Part shown: positions 26,748 through 33,484 of the stretch, one piece after another
Numbering within the stretch: position 1 is the first letter of the stretch
Layout of the letters: every line of letters begins with the position of its first letter
From: a virus
Virus record (IMG/VR): IMGVR_UViG_3300029660_000072
Span: 1-38,282 of that record
Length of the DNA stretch: 38,282 nucleotides
Reading direction: 5' to 3' (one strand)
The notes under the pieces: generated by a model
What the model saw: the letters and a program-made list of their open reading frames with translations, nothing else
Database searches by the model: none
Told to the model about the DNA's origin: nothing
Translations under genes and position numbers: made by a program

Positions 26748-26971
26748 TGACAAATAGTAGAAACTGGGGCGGCCTCCGAAAGGGGGCCGGTGCTCCTATT
26801 ACTGTAGGTGCAGAAAACAGGCGTAAACAAAGGGTTATCTCATTGAATGATAAAGAATATGAGGAACTTAAAAAGATAGCCTCAGAACGGCAAATAAGCG
26901 TGTCAGAACTAATTAGAATTACGTTCAATCTTGATACGGCAAACGAAACGGCAAATAATGAAAGCAAATAA
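26747..26971 (+). CDS. Ribbon-helix-helix (CopG/Arc-like) DNA-binding protein
   Basis: GGLRKGAGAP...RKQRVISLNDKEYEELKKIASERQISVSELIR shows the typical RHH strand-helix-helix pattern. Confidence 0.65.
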   Translation: MTNSRNWGGLRKGAGAPITVGAENRRKQRVISLNDKEYEELKKIASERQISVSELIRITFNLDTANETANNESK

Positions 26972-27089
26972 TCGTATTTAATGTTAAATAATATTATATA
27001 TAACTGCTTGGCCATACTTTTTATGTGAAATATAATAGCGTATTGAAAGTGAGATAGTAATAATCGTATAATTATATAGTTATAAACAT

Positions 27090-27131
27090 AACAGCCTATA
27101 TCCTTTTTATAAAAGGGGTTAGGCTGTTTTC
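27090..27131. terminator. Bidirectional hairpin terminator between the moron cassette and the integrase gene
   Basis: AACAGCCTA...TAGGCTGTT outer stem with an inner CCTTTT/AAAAGG stem, then TTTT on the + strand. Confidence 0.5.
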
Positions 27132-27152
27132 GTCATATATACGGCAAAAATA

Positions 27153-28205
27153 CTATCCAAATATGCTTGCTATGTGGTTCGTTGCTTGCTTTCTCATATC
27201 GTCTGAATAGTGAATATACGTAGTCATAACCGTATTGAGTTTGTCGCCCAATAAACTGGCTACAGTTTGAATGTCTACACCATTGGCGAGTAGGGTTGTC
27301 GCATATGTATGGCGGAAAGAATGTATCGACTTATCCGGTAAATAACGTTGTATCACTCTATTAAGTGGCGAGCTGCGATTGGTCTTAAATGGGAATAGCC
27401 TTTCATTACCTTTGCCAATATGCCATAATAGTTCGTCAGCTAATATCTCAGGTATAGGAATAGTACGAATACTGTTACGGCTTTTAGGTTGACTAAACCC
27501 ATACCCAGCATTACCGAGCCATGTCCATTGTTTTGATATGGATATAGTATTATTAACTAAATCTATATCGTCCCATGTAAGTGCTAAAATTTCACCATAT
27601 CTTGCCCCTGTATAGCGTGCTATGCTGCATAAGAGATAATATAAGGGGTGCTTACGTTTAATGGCATACAGGAGCAAATTCATGTCATTTTGGCTAATTG
27701 TAGACGGTGAGTTATTAGCCTTTGACTTGAAACGTCTAATTGCTGCACATGGGCTATGGCTAATTATCCGATAAGGAGTGATAGCATAGTTAAATATTGA
27801 TTTTAAAAGTACCAAGCACAGGTTTTTGCTTGCAGATGATCTAGGCAGTTCGTTTAGTAGCTGCATTATATCTTGATGAGTTATATCGCTTATAGCTTTA
27901 TTAAGTAGCGACTGACAATAACTATTTATAATGGTGCTATATGTTCTGCGTGTGTTTTCTGTTATATTGGCTTTCTCGTTAATGTATATATTATAAAAGT
28001 GCAAGAATGTTATATCGCTTTTACTACTATCAATGGTTATTATGGTACTTTTTAATTTATCTACTATTTTAAGTCCGTACATCTTGGCATCTCGTTTAGT
28101 GTCAAAGCCTTGTTTTGACTTTTGACGCCATTTTCGTCCATCTTTAAACGATATAATAACTTGATAACCCTTATTTTTTCTGCGTATTGTCATATTGTAT
28201 TGCAT
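27153..28205 (-). CDS. int: Tyrosine recombinase (phage integrase)
   Basis: The C-terminal catalytic region has ARYTGARYGEIL (Arg), HSFRHTYAT (H-x-x-R) and TTYIHYS (Tyr). The start is chosen at the ATG with GGAG 5 nt upstream; the ORF is open to 28220. Confidence 0.9.
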   Translation of the reverse strand: MQYNMTIRRKNKGYQVIISFKDGRKWRQKSKQGFDTKRDAKMYGLKIVDKLKSTIITIDSSKSDITFLHFYNIYINEKANITENTRRTYSTIINSYCQSLLNKAISDITHQDIMQLLNELPRSSASKNLCLVLLKSIFNYAITPYRIISHSPCAAIRRFKSKANNSPSTISQNDMNLLLYAIKRKHPLYYLLCSIARYTGARYGEILALTWDDIDLVNNTISISKQWTWLGNAGYGFSQPKSRNSIRTIPIPEILADELLWHIGKGNERLFPFKTNRSSPLNRVIQRYLPDKSIHSFRHTYATTLLANGVDIQTVASLLGDKLNTVMTTYIHYSDDMRKQATNHIASIFG

Positions 28206-28245
28206 AGTATCTCCGTTCATATGTTCGTCATAATAGTTATAAATT

Positions 28246-28272
28246 AAGCACCCATAAAAGGGTGCTTTTTTT
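28246..28272. terminator. Hairpin AGCACCC-N6-GGGTGCT with flanking A/T runs, between the ImmA-like gene and int
   Basis: Stem and T7 run read directly from the sequence; it could terminate transcription in either direction. Confidence 0.5.
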
Positions 28273-28273
28273 G

Positions 28274-28486
28274 TTATATATGGCGAATATGTTCTATAAA
28301 ATTAATATGATCTTGCTTATCGTGGTCGCAATTAATGATATGCGATAATTCATGTTTATAAGTCGCTCGTTGCTGGTCGTATGAGTGGTTAGCGTTCAGA
28401 ACAATAGTATAGCTATCATCCTCATTCTTTCTAACGAACCCACCGCAAGCAGCAGGCAACTTATCACTAAATATGGTATTAATCAA
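28274..28486 (-). CDS. Minimal ImmA/IrrE-family zinc metallopeptidase (70 aa, candidate anti-repressor protease)
   Basis: HELSHI (HEXXH) preceded by IVLNANHSYDQQRATY, as in the COG2856 core. It has a TTG start 6 nt after GGAGAG and is coupled to the repressor stop. Confidence 0.6.
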   Translation of the reverse strand: MINTIFSDKLPAACGGFVRKNEDDSYTIVLNANHSYDQQRATYKHELSHIINCDHDKQDHINFIEHIRHI

Positions 28487-28497
28487 AATAACTCTCC

Positions 28498-28863
28498 CTA
28501 GTCTTTTTGTAATAACGATTTAGTTATGTTTATTATTGCTTGCATTTCCTCTTTGGATAAATTACGTTTTGCGTTAAGTAATAGCCTTAGTTCAGGGTCA
28601 TTTTTAATCTCCTCAGCTAGTGCTGCAACTTCAGGATCTGTATAATAACCATCTTGCGTATGTACTGTACCAGTTAAAAGATAGTCAATAGATACGTTAA
28701 ATAACTTTGCAATATCTGTTAGCATATCCGTGCTAGGTGTACGAGCACCACTCTCCCATAGTGATACTGTAGACTTCGCTACGTTTAATTTCTTGCCTAA
28801 CTCCTCACCAGTCCATTGGTTATCTTTTCGCAATTCTTGTATGCGTTGTCCTAAAGTTTTCAT
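28498..28863 (-). CDS. XRE-family (CI/ImmR-like) repressor
   Basis: N-terminal HTH_3 (LGQRIQELRKDNQWTGEELGKKLNVAKSTVSLWESG), divergent from the cro-like gene. Confidence 0.85.
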   Translation of the reverse strand: MKTLGQRIQELRKDNQWTGEELGKKLNVAKSTVSLWESGARTPSTDMLTDIAKLFNVSIDYLLTGTVHTQDGYYTDPEVAALAEEIKNDPELRLLLNAKRNLSKEEMQAIINITKSLLQKD

Positions 28864-28883
28864 ATTGCATACCTCCTATAGCT

Positions 28884-28912
28884 ATCATATTAAATTGTAA
28901 ACAAAATGTAAA
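28884..28912 (-). promoter_or_regulatory. Putative leftward promoter (TTTACA-17-TATGAT on the - strand) for the repressor operon, overlapped by two direct TGTAAAC half-sites (28896..28903, 28907..28913)
   Basis: Hexamers and spacer counted on the reverse complement. The half-sites are spaced 11 bp apart. Confidence 0.45.
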
Positions 28913-28924
28913 CTTACAATATGC

Positions 28925-28943
28925 AAACTTTTATAAAAAGTTT
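28925..28943. promoter_or_regulatory. 19-bp palindrome AAACTTTT-ATA-AAAAGTTT abutting the -35 of the rightward promoter
   Basis: Perfect 8-3-8 inverted repeat read directly from the sequence. Confidence 0.5.
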
Positions 28944-28945
28944 AT

Positions 28946-28974
28946 TTGACGGTATGCATTTTGTGAACTATAAT
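28946..28974 (+). promoter_or_regulatory. Rightward early promoter TTGACG-17-TATAAT
   Basis: Hexamers and 17-nt spacer counted; 47 nt upstream of the cro-like ATG. Confidence 0.65.
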
Positions 28975-28986
28975 AAGCTCATAAGA

Positions 28987-29005
28987 AGTTTACAGGAGGT
29001 AAACA
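28987..29005. promoter_or_regulatory. Operator-like palindrome AGTTTAC-AGGAG-GTAAACA between the early promoter and cro
   Basis: GTTTAC-N5-GTAAAC core; one of three copies in the genome. Confidence 0.55.
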
Positions 29006-29020
29006 CAAGGAGGTGGATAT

Positions 29021-29218
29021 ATGAAAGAACTTTCTAAACTTCGCCAAAAATATGGTTATACACAATTAGAAATGGCAAATATGCTAGGCTTACATAAGTC
29101 TACATATAATCAAAAAGAGAATGGCAAAAGACATTTTAAACCAGATGAAATGGCTAAAATATACGATTTCTTTCGCCACCTTGATAGTCAGTTAAATATG
29201 CAGGATATTTTTTTGTAA
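29021..29218 (+). CDS. Cro-like XRE-family HTH protein
   Basis: YGYTQLEMANMLGLHKSTYNQKENG HTH. It is the first gene of the rightward operon, divergent from the repressor. Confidence 0.8.
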   Translation: MKELSKLRQKYGYTQLEMANMLGLHKSTYNQKENGKRHFKPDEMAKIYDFFRHLDSQLNMQDIFL

Positions 29219-29222
29219 CGAA

Positions 29223-29241
29223 TGTTTACTAAACGTAAACA
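29223..29241. promoter_or_regulatory. Operator-like palindrome TGTTTAC-TAAAC-GTAAACA immediately downstream of cro
   Basis: Perfect 7-5-7 inverted repeat with the same core as 28988..29004 and 2871..2887. Confidence 0.55.
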
Positions 29242-29254
29242 TAGGAGGGTGAAC

Positions 29255-29476
29255 ATGAACAAAGAACTGTTACTACAAGAATTATGGGAACTTGAATTCA
29301 ATTTAGTATATGAACAAAATTCCTTACCTTACACATCAACCAACTCAAATGAAACTCATAACGAATGGGCTAAGGGTTATGCAACTAAGTGTGCTGATAC
29401 CTTATGCAGCGACTTCGAGGATGCACCTAATAAGGAAATTCAAAAGTTAATCAATGAATATAACAAGGAGCATTAA
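29255..29476 (+). CDS. Hypothetical early protein (73 aa)
   Basis: AGGAGGG RBS before ATG 29255. The longer ORF from 29222 would include the operator palindrome. Confidence 0.5.
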   Translation: MNKELLLQELWELEFNLVYEQNSLPYTSTNSNETHNEWAKGYATKCADTLCSDFEDAPNKEIQKLINEYNKEH

Positions 29477-29478
29477 TC

Positions 29479-29751
29479 ATGAAGAAAACTGCAAAAGAGT
29501 TTTGGGATTTCGCTCCTATGGATCATGTGGAATATATGTTCAAGCAATATGGACTGGTTCAAATTACAAAATGGGGTGAAACAGTAAAAGAGTTCAATAA
29601 AACCATATTACGTCATGAGCGTGCCGAAAAAGATATTTTAGAACGTTTTAAAAAATGCCCTGAACAAACAGCTGCTCTCCAATGGAGTTTAGATCTTGTC
29701 AGAGCATACCTAGATAGATGTTACGAGGTCAAAAAGGTGCTTGGCTTATGA
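29479..29751 (+). CDS. Hypothetical early protein (90 aa)
   Basis: AAGGAG RBS; no motif recognised. Confidence 0.5.
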   Translation: MKKTAKEFWDFAPMDHVEYMFKQYGLVQITKWGETVKEFNKTILRHERAEKDILERFKKCPEQTAALQWSLDLVRAYLDRCYEVKKVLGL

Positions 29752-30035
29752 GTTTGGTCTATACCGTGAAAGAGGTTGCGGAACTCTTTCAAATATCTAC
29801 ATCCGCAGTATATCAGCTCCGAGACGAGGGTAAACTAATTCAATTATCAGACGTTCCGGGCGTCAGATTTAGTAAGGAGGGAGTGCATGCACTAGCTAAG
29901 TACGACAAAGAGTTTACGGCAACAAGATATGCCGAGTTAGTGGCTGAGAATGAACAGCTAAAAAGGGAATTGAAAGAATTAAAAGAAAGCATACGAACTA
30001 CTACAGCAGGTATGCTGCAACTTATGGAGGTGTAA
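29748..30035 (+). CDS. Excisionase-type (MerR/HTH_17-like) DNA-binding protein with C-terminal coiled coil
   Basis: YTVKEVAELFQISTSAVYQLRDEGKL...GVRFSKEGV pattern. The ATG overlaps the preceding stop (ATGA). Confidence 0.55.
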   Translation: MSLVYTVKEVAELFQISTSAVYQLRDEGKLIQLSDVPGVRFSKEGVHALAKYDKEFTATRYAELVAENEQLKRELKELKESIRTTTAGMLQLMEV

Positions 30036-30038
30036 AAA

Positions 30039-30200
30039 ATGAACATGACTTATCGAGAAAAACGAGAATTGAGACGAGCAAATGCATTACCTCAATTCGC
30101 AGATATTGTTGAGGGCTTTATATTCGGTTCCGTATTTCTATTTGTAGTAATGAGCATGCTCACATGGTGGGTTACAGGCGAGGTGTTGGTGAAATGGTAA
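30039..30200 (+). CDS. Small membrane protein (53 aa)
   Basis: GGAGG 8 nt upstream. It has a hydrophobic FIFGSVFLFVVMSMLTWWV segment and is below the ORF-track cut-off. Confidence 0.4.
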   Translation: MNMTYREKRELRRANALPQFADIVEGFIFGSVFLFVVMSMLTWWVTGEVLVKW

Positions 30201-30358
30201 AACGTTGCTATCAATGCGGCTACAAGCTGACACCAGCTACAACGTATAGCCTATACAATACTGGAATTGGCAAGGTCGTTACTGTATGTAAAGACTGCCA
30301 TACATCTTATTTAAGAATTCGAGCTAAACAAAGAAAAAAGGCCGCCACTCAAATTTGA
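30194..30358 (+). CDS. Small zinc-ribbon protein (54 aa)
   Basis: CYQCG...CKDCH cysteine pairs and a basic tail. The ATG overlaps the previous gene's end. Confidence 0.45.
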   Translation: MVKRCYQCGYKLTPATTYSLYNTGIGKVVTVCKDCHTSYLRIRAKQRKKAATQI

Positions 30359-30428
30359 GTAACAGCCCTTAATTAAATTAACCAACTTTAATATACATTG
30401 TATTTCTTATTTCGTAAAGGGGTGTTAA

Positions 30429-30944
30429 ATGGCAACCAAGCATGCACTTATAAATAATTCTTATTCCGATGAGTGGTACACGCCATCCGATGTAGTACGA
30501 ACAATGCTCAAAGTATTCCCTCCTAAAATTGGAGACAGAATATTATTGCCATTTGATACCGCTGAAAGTGAGTTTACAAAGATCATTACTGCAGAATATG
30601 ACAAACATGCTATATGGGGTATACGAGATTTCTTAACTAAGCATTATGAGTTCGATTATCTCATTACCAACCCACCTTACAGCATAAAGGATAAAATCAT
30701 TGAACGTTGCATTGATCTTGGCAAGCCCAGTGTACTGTTATTGCCTATAGATACACTGGGGGGGGTACAAAGGCATAAATTATTCCACCGTACACGGATA
30801 GGCGTATATATACCTACTAAGCGAATTAAGTTTACAAATGTTGCAGGCGATAACTCTAAAACGCCTGCTTATCACAATATAGTTTTATTTTTAAATGCTG
30901 AACGAAATAGTATCAGCTTTGAGTACGAATATAAGGAGAATTAA
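30429..30944 (+). CDS. Compact orphan DNA N6-adenine methyltransferase (phage Dam-like)
   Basis: N-terminal DEWYTP motif, LLPFD, and the catalytic ITNPPYS (NPPY). No adjacent restriction gene. Confidence 0.7.
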   Translation: MATKHALINNSYSDEWYTPSDVVRTMLKVFPPKIGDRILLPFDTAESEFTKIITAEYDKHAIWGIRDFLTKHYEFDYLITNPPYSIKDKIIERCIDLGKPSVLLLPIDTLGGVQRHKLFHRTRIGVYIPTKRIKFTNVAGDNSKTPAYHNIVLFLNAERNSISFEYEYKEN

Positions 30945-30946
30945 CC

Positions 30947-31450
30947 ATGAATACATTCACAATCGAATTTAAAGGCCCTAAAGACTTGGCAAAAAAAATT
31001 GCTGAGTATAACGAACTTATGAACCCTAAAACTATTGAGGAGTTAGCGGTAAAAGTTGTAGAGGAGCCTAAACAAGAGGTAAAAGAGGAACCTAAAAAAG
31101 AAACTGCACCAAAAGTAGTTGAGGAAACTCAGCCAGAACCTGTTGAGGTGAAAGAAGAACCGACCGAGGAGGTTGCAGAAGTACCTGTAACAAACTTCGA
31201 GGGCGAGCCTGTAGAGGCTAAGGCGGAAGAAGTTGAGGAACCTGCAGAAAATGAATTAGACGTAGACACTGCGGAAATAGATCCGCAAGTCTACTGGAAC
31301 GACTTCAAAGACTGGCTTAAACATGTAGGTGCTGAGGGCGTGAAAGCTGCACTCGATGTGTTCCGTAATCATGGAGTTAACGGCAAGCCAAATTCCGGTG
31401 ATTTAACACCAGAAATTATGCAAGAACTTAATGCGTTAATGGGTAAATAA
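30947..31450 (+). CDS. Acidic protein with a PEVK-like disordered linker
   Basis: Repeated VVEEPK/EEPK/EVKEEP units sit between short N- and C-terminal folded-looking segments. Confidence 0.55.
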   Translation: MNTFTIEFKGPKDLAKKIAEYNELMNPKTIEELAVKVVEEPKQEVKEEPKKETAPKVVEETQPEPVEVKEEPTEEVAEVPVTNFEGEPVEAKAEEVEEPAENELDVDTAEIDPQVYWNDFKDWLKHVGAEGVKAALDVFRNHGVNGKPNSGDLTPEIMQELNALMGK

Positions 31451-31470
31451 ACAGATAGGAGAACGAACAA

Positions 31471-31809
31471 ATGTCTAACATAAATAGTTTTAAACAAGTA
31501 ATTGATAACGTAACACCTCAAATTGAGGTGTTACAAAAGGCAATCGAGTTAGATCCAACTAACACTATTGAATATCAAAGGGCAATCGACTTTTGTGAAA
31601 CAAATATATCCGTCTCCAAAAGCATTGTAAAGGCCATTAAGTTGGTTGAAAAAGAGGCTAAGAAAGCAGATAAAGCTGAGGAGCCAAAAGAGGAAGCTCC
31701 AAAACCAACTAAAAAGAAAACCAAAAAAGAGGAACCTCAAAAGGTAGTAGAGGAACCTCAACCAGCCGCAGAGGAAACTCCGGAAGATATGTTCGATATG
31801 TTTGATTAA
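31471..31809 (+). CDS. Small protein with a K/E/P-rich tail ending in EDMFDMFD
   Basis: Strong RBS. The C-terminal acidic-aromatic tip is reminiscent of SSB-type tails. Confidence 0.55.
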   Translation: MSNINSFKQVIDNVTPQIEVLQKAIELDPTNTIEYQRAIDFCETNISVSKSIVKAIKLVEKEAKKADKAEEPKEEAPKPTKKKTKKEEPQKVVEEPQPAAEETPEDMFDMFD

Positions 31810-31823
31810 AAGGGGCGAATGTC

Positions 31824-33470
31824 ATGGAGGTATTAGCGAGAACATATATCCCTAGAATGTTTGATAGTGTGATATTGGAAAGTAGCTACGATGCAGCTTA
31901 TACAACTATATATCATACTGACTGTAATTTTACGTTCGGTGGAAAATGGAAACGTAAGTATAACTATAGCAACGGTTATACAACTGCTGCGAAGTATTTT
32001 ACTTGTCCAAATTGTGGCTATCATAGCGAGCCATACAGAGACAAGGTATTACATATAGGTGATGAAAATCACCTCATACCACTAAACATTTATGCAGAAG
32101 TAGTTGAGCTCAAAGACTGTATCGATTTACGTATCAGCTATAAAGCTATATCAATGCGATTGGACGGAACCTCTATTGATGAGGGAACACGCAAAGAGGT
32201 ATTACGGTTTGACTTTAAGAAAAAGAAAGCCATTTACACTGACTACAATCGCCAAAAGTATGATCTAACTACTAGATATATTCGAGAACACTATTTCATG
32301 GAGGTCTTAAAATACTTCGGCAAGTCTTATGCTATGCATAGCATTAACAAAAAGCCTTTGAATGATTTATTCAGAGTGTTACGAGTAGCGTTCCAAAAGC
32401 GTTTATTGGCTACATATGGTTATAGTGCAGCCGATGTGTATATATCACCCTCCGCTAACGAGGAGGGCGGATATTTCTTTACGATGCTATTAAATATGGC
32501 ATTAAAGATTGCTGCACCAGATATGCCTAGCATAGCGTATATACATCGTTGTGCATCGTATTGGAATGATAGCCATTTATATAGCAGAGTTATCAATATT
32601 CCTATTGGTGATAATGTGTTCGAGCTAACCAAAAAAGGAATGAACTTCCAAGAGGCCATGCGAGTAGTAAGCAAATCTCCTGACAGTAGATCTTTACGCA
32701 GGGCGATGGCAAATAACCCTTTGGCAGTTTGTATGTCTGAGGTGTTAAAGCTATTCAACGATGAGAACATCAGACGAACTATTATGACACTAAATCGATA
32801 TGGTGTTCCAGATTGCGATATACAACGTTATAGCGGCAAAGTGCAACGTGCTAAGGACATAAGAAAGTCCATGAAATTGCATATCGATGGTTCAAAAGAA
32901 TTTTGGCAAGTAATGATTGCTAGATATGGCGAGCCTGCTGCATTGCGTTGGATATTATCAGAGGACTTCAGAGATATTGAAGACTGCGTAAGAATGTATT
33001 CCGAATTGAAGTTGAAATATCGAGATAAGTTTTGGGGCAACAGGTTTAAATTAAAAGACTTACATGCAGAACTTATCAACATCTATAACAAACAGGAATA
33101 CGGCGACGTAAACTTGCCTAAAGTTCCTGAGTTAAACGCCGATGTGAATGGTATGCACTTTATGGTGCCTAAAACTGCAGCCGATTTAATGATGATAGGT
33201 AAAGAGCTACGCAACTGCGTTGGATCTTACAAAGACAGAGTTATGAAAGGCAATACGGCCATTGTTGTTGTTACCGACGATAACATGAAACCTATTGCAT
33301 GCCTTGAATTGTCAAAAGATGATAAGAAATTTACAAAACTGGTTCAGGCAAAATTATTTGGTAATCAATGCGTATCCAAGAATAAAGATATTAATAATAC
33401 CGTACTTAAATGGGCTAATCAATTAGAGATTGAACCACGCACGATTGATGTGCAGGCACAAGTTAGCTAG
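31824..33470 (+). CDS. PcfJ-like domain protein with an N-terminal zinc ribbon
   Basis: The C-terminal MMIGKELRNCVGSYKDRVMKGNTAIVVV matches my recollection of the EG..l.nCVgsY signature of PcfJ-like domains. CPNCGYH lies near the N-terminus. Confidence 0.55.
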   Translation: MEVLARTYIPRMFDSVILESSYDAAYTTIYHTDCNFTFGGKWKRKYNYSNGYTTAAKYFTCPNCGYHSEPYRDKVLHIGDENHLIPLNIYAEVVELKDCIDLRISYKAISMRLDGTSIDEGTRKEVLRFDFKKKKAIYTDYNRQKYDLTTRYIREHYFMEVLKYFGKSYAMHSINKKPLNDLFRVLRVAFQKRLLATYGYSAADVYISPSANEEGGYFFTMLLNMALKIAAPDMPSIAYIHRCASYWNDSHLYSRVINIPIGDNVFELTKKGMNFQEAMRVVSKSPDSRSLRRAMANNPLAVCMSEVLKLFNDENIRRTIMTLNRYGVPDCDIQRYSGKVQRAKDIRKSMKLHIDGSKEFWQVMIARYGEPAALRWILSEDFRDIEDCVRMYSELKLKYRDKFWGNRFKLKDLHAELINIYNKQEYGDVNLPKVPELNADVNGMHFMVPKTAADLMMIGKELRNCVGSYKDRVMKGNTAIVVVTDDNMKPIACLELSKDDKKFTKLVQAKLFGNQCVSKNKDINNTVLKWANQLEIEPRTIDVQAQVS

Positions 33471-33484
33471 GGAGAACATACGAT

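Noticed and set aside
26607-26971. The 46-aa ORF plus RHH protein as a type II toxin-antitoxin pair
   Set aside because: Only the coupling and the RHH fold fit. The 46-aa protein has no recognisable toxin fold or motif, and the gene order is atypical for RHH antitoxins. It is kept only as a remark under the moron-cassette finding.
26740-27015. Minus-strand 91-aa ORF antisense to the RHH gene
   Set aside because: It overlaps the better-supported + strand RHH ORF (clear RHH motif, coupled start). It has no RBS and a low-complexity hydrophobic sequence.
30345-30358. 14-bp perfect palindrome ACTCAAATTTGAGT at the end of the zinc-ribbon ORF as a terminator or operator
   Set aside because: It is AT-rich, has no loop and no following T-tract, and occurs only once. 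It is probably fortuitous.
31040-31260. Repetitive GAGGAACCTAAA / GTTGAGGAA-type DNA as a possible tandem repeat or CRISPR-like array
   Set aside because: The units are imperfect and of variable length with no unique spacers. They translate in frame into the PEVK-like acidic linker of ORF 30947..31450.
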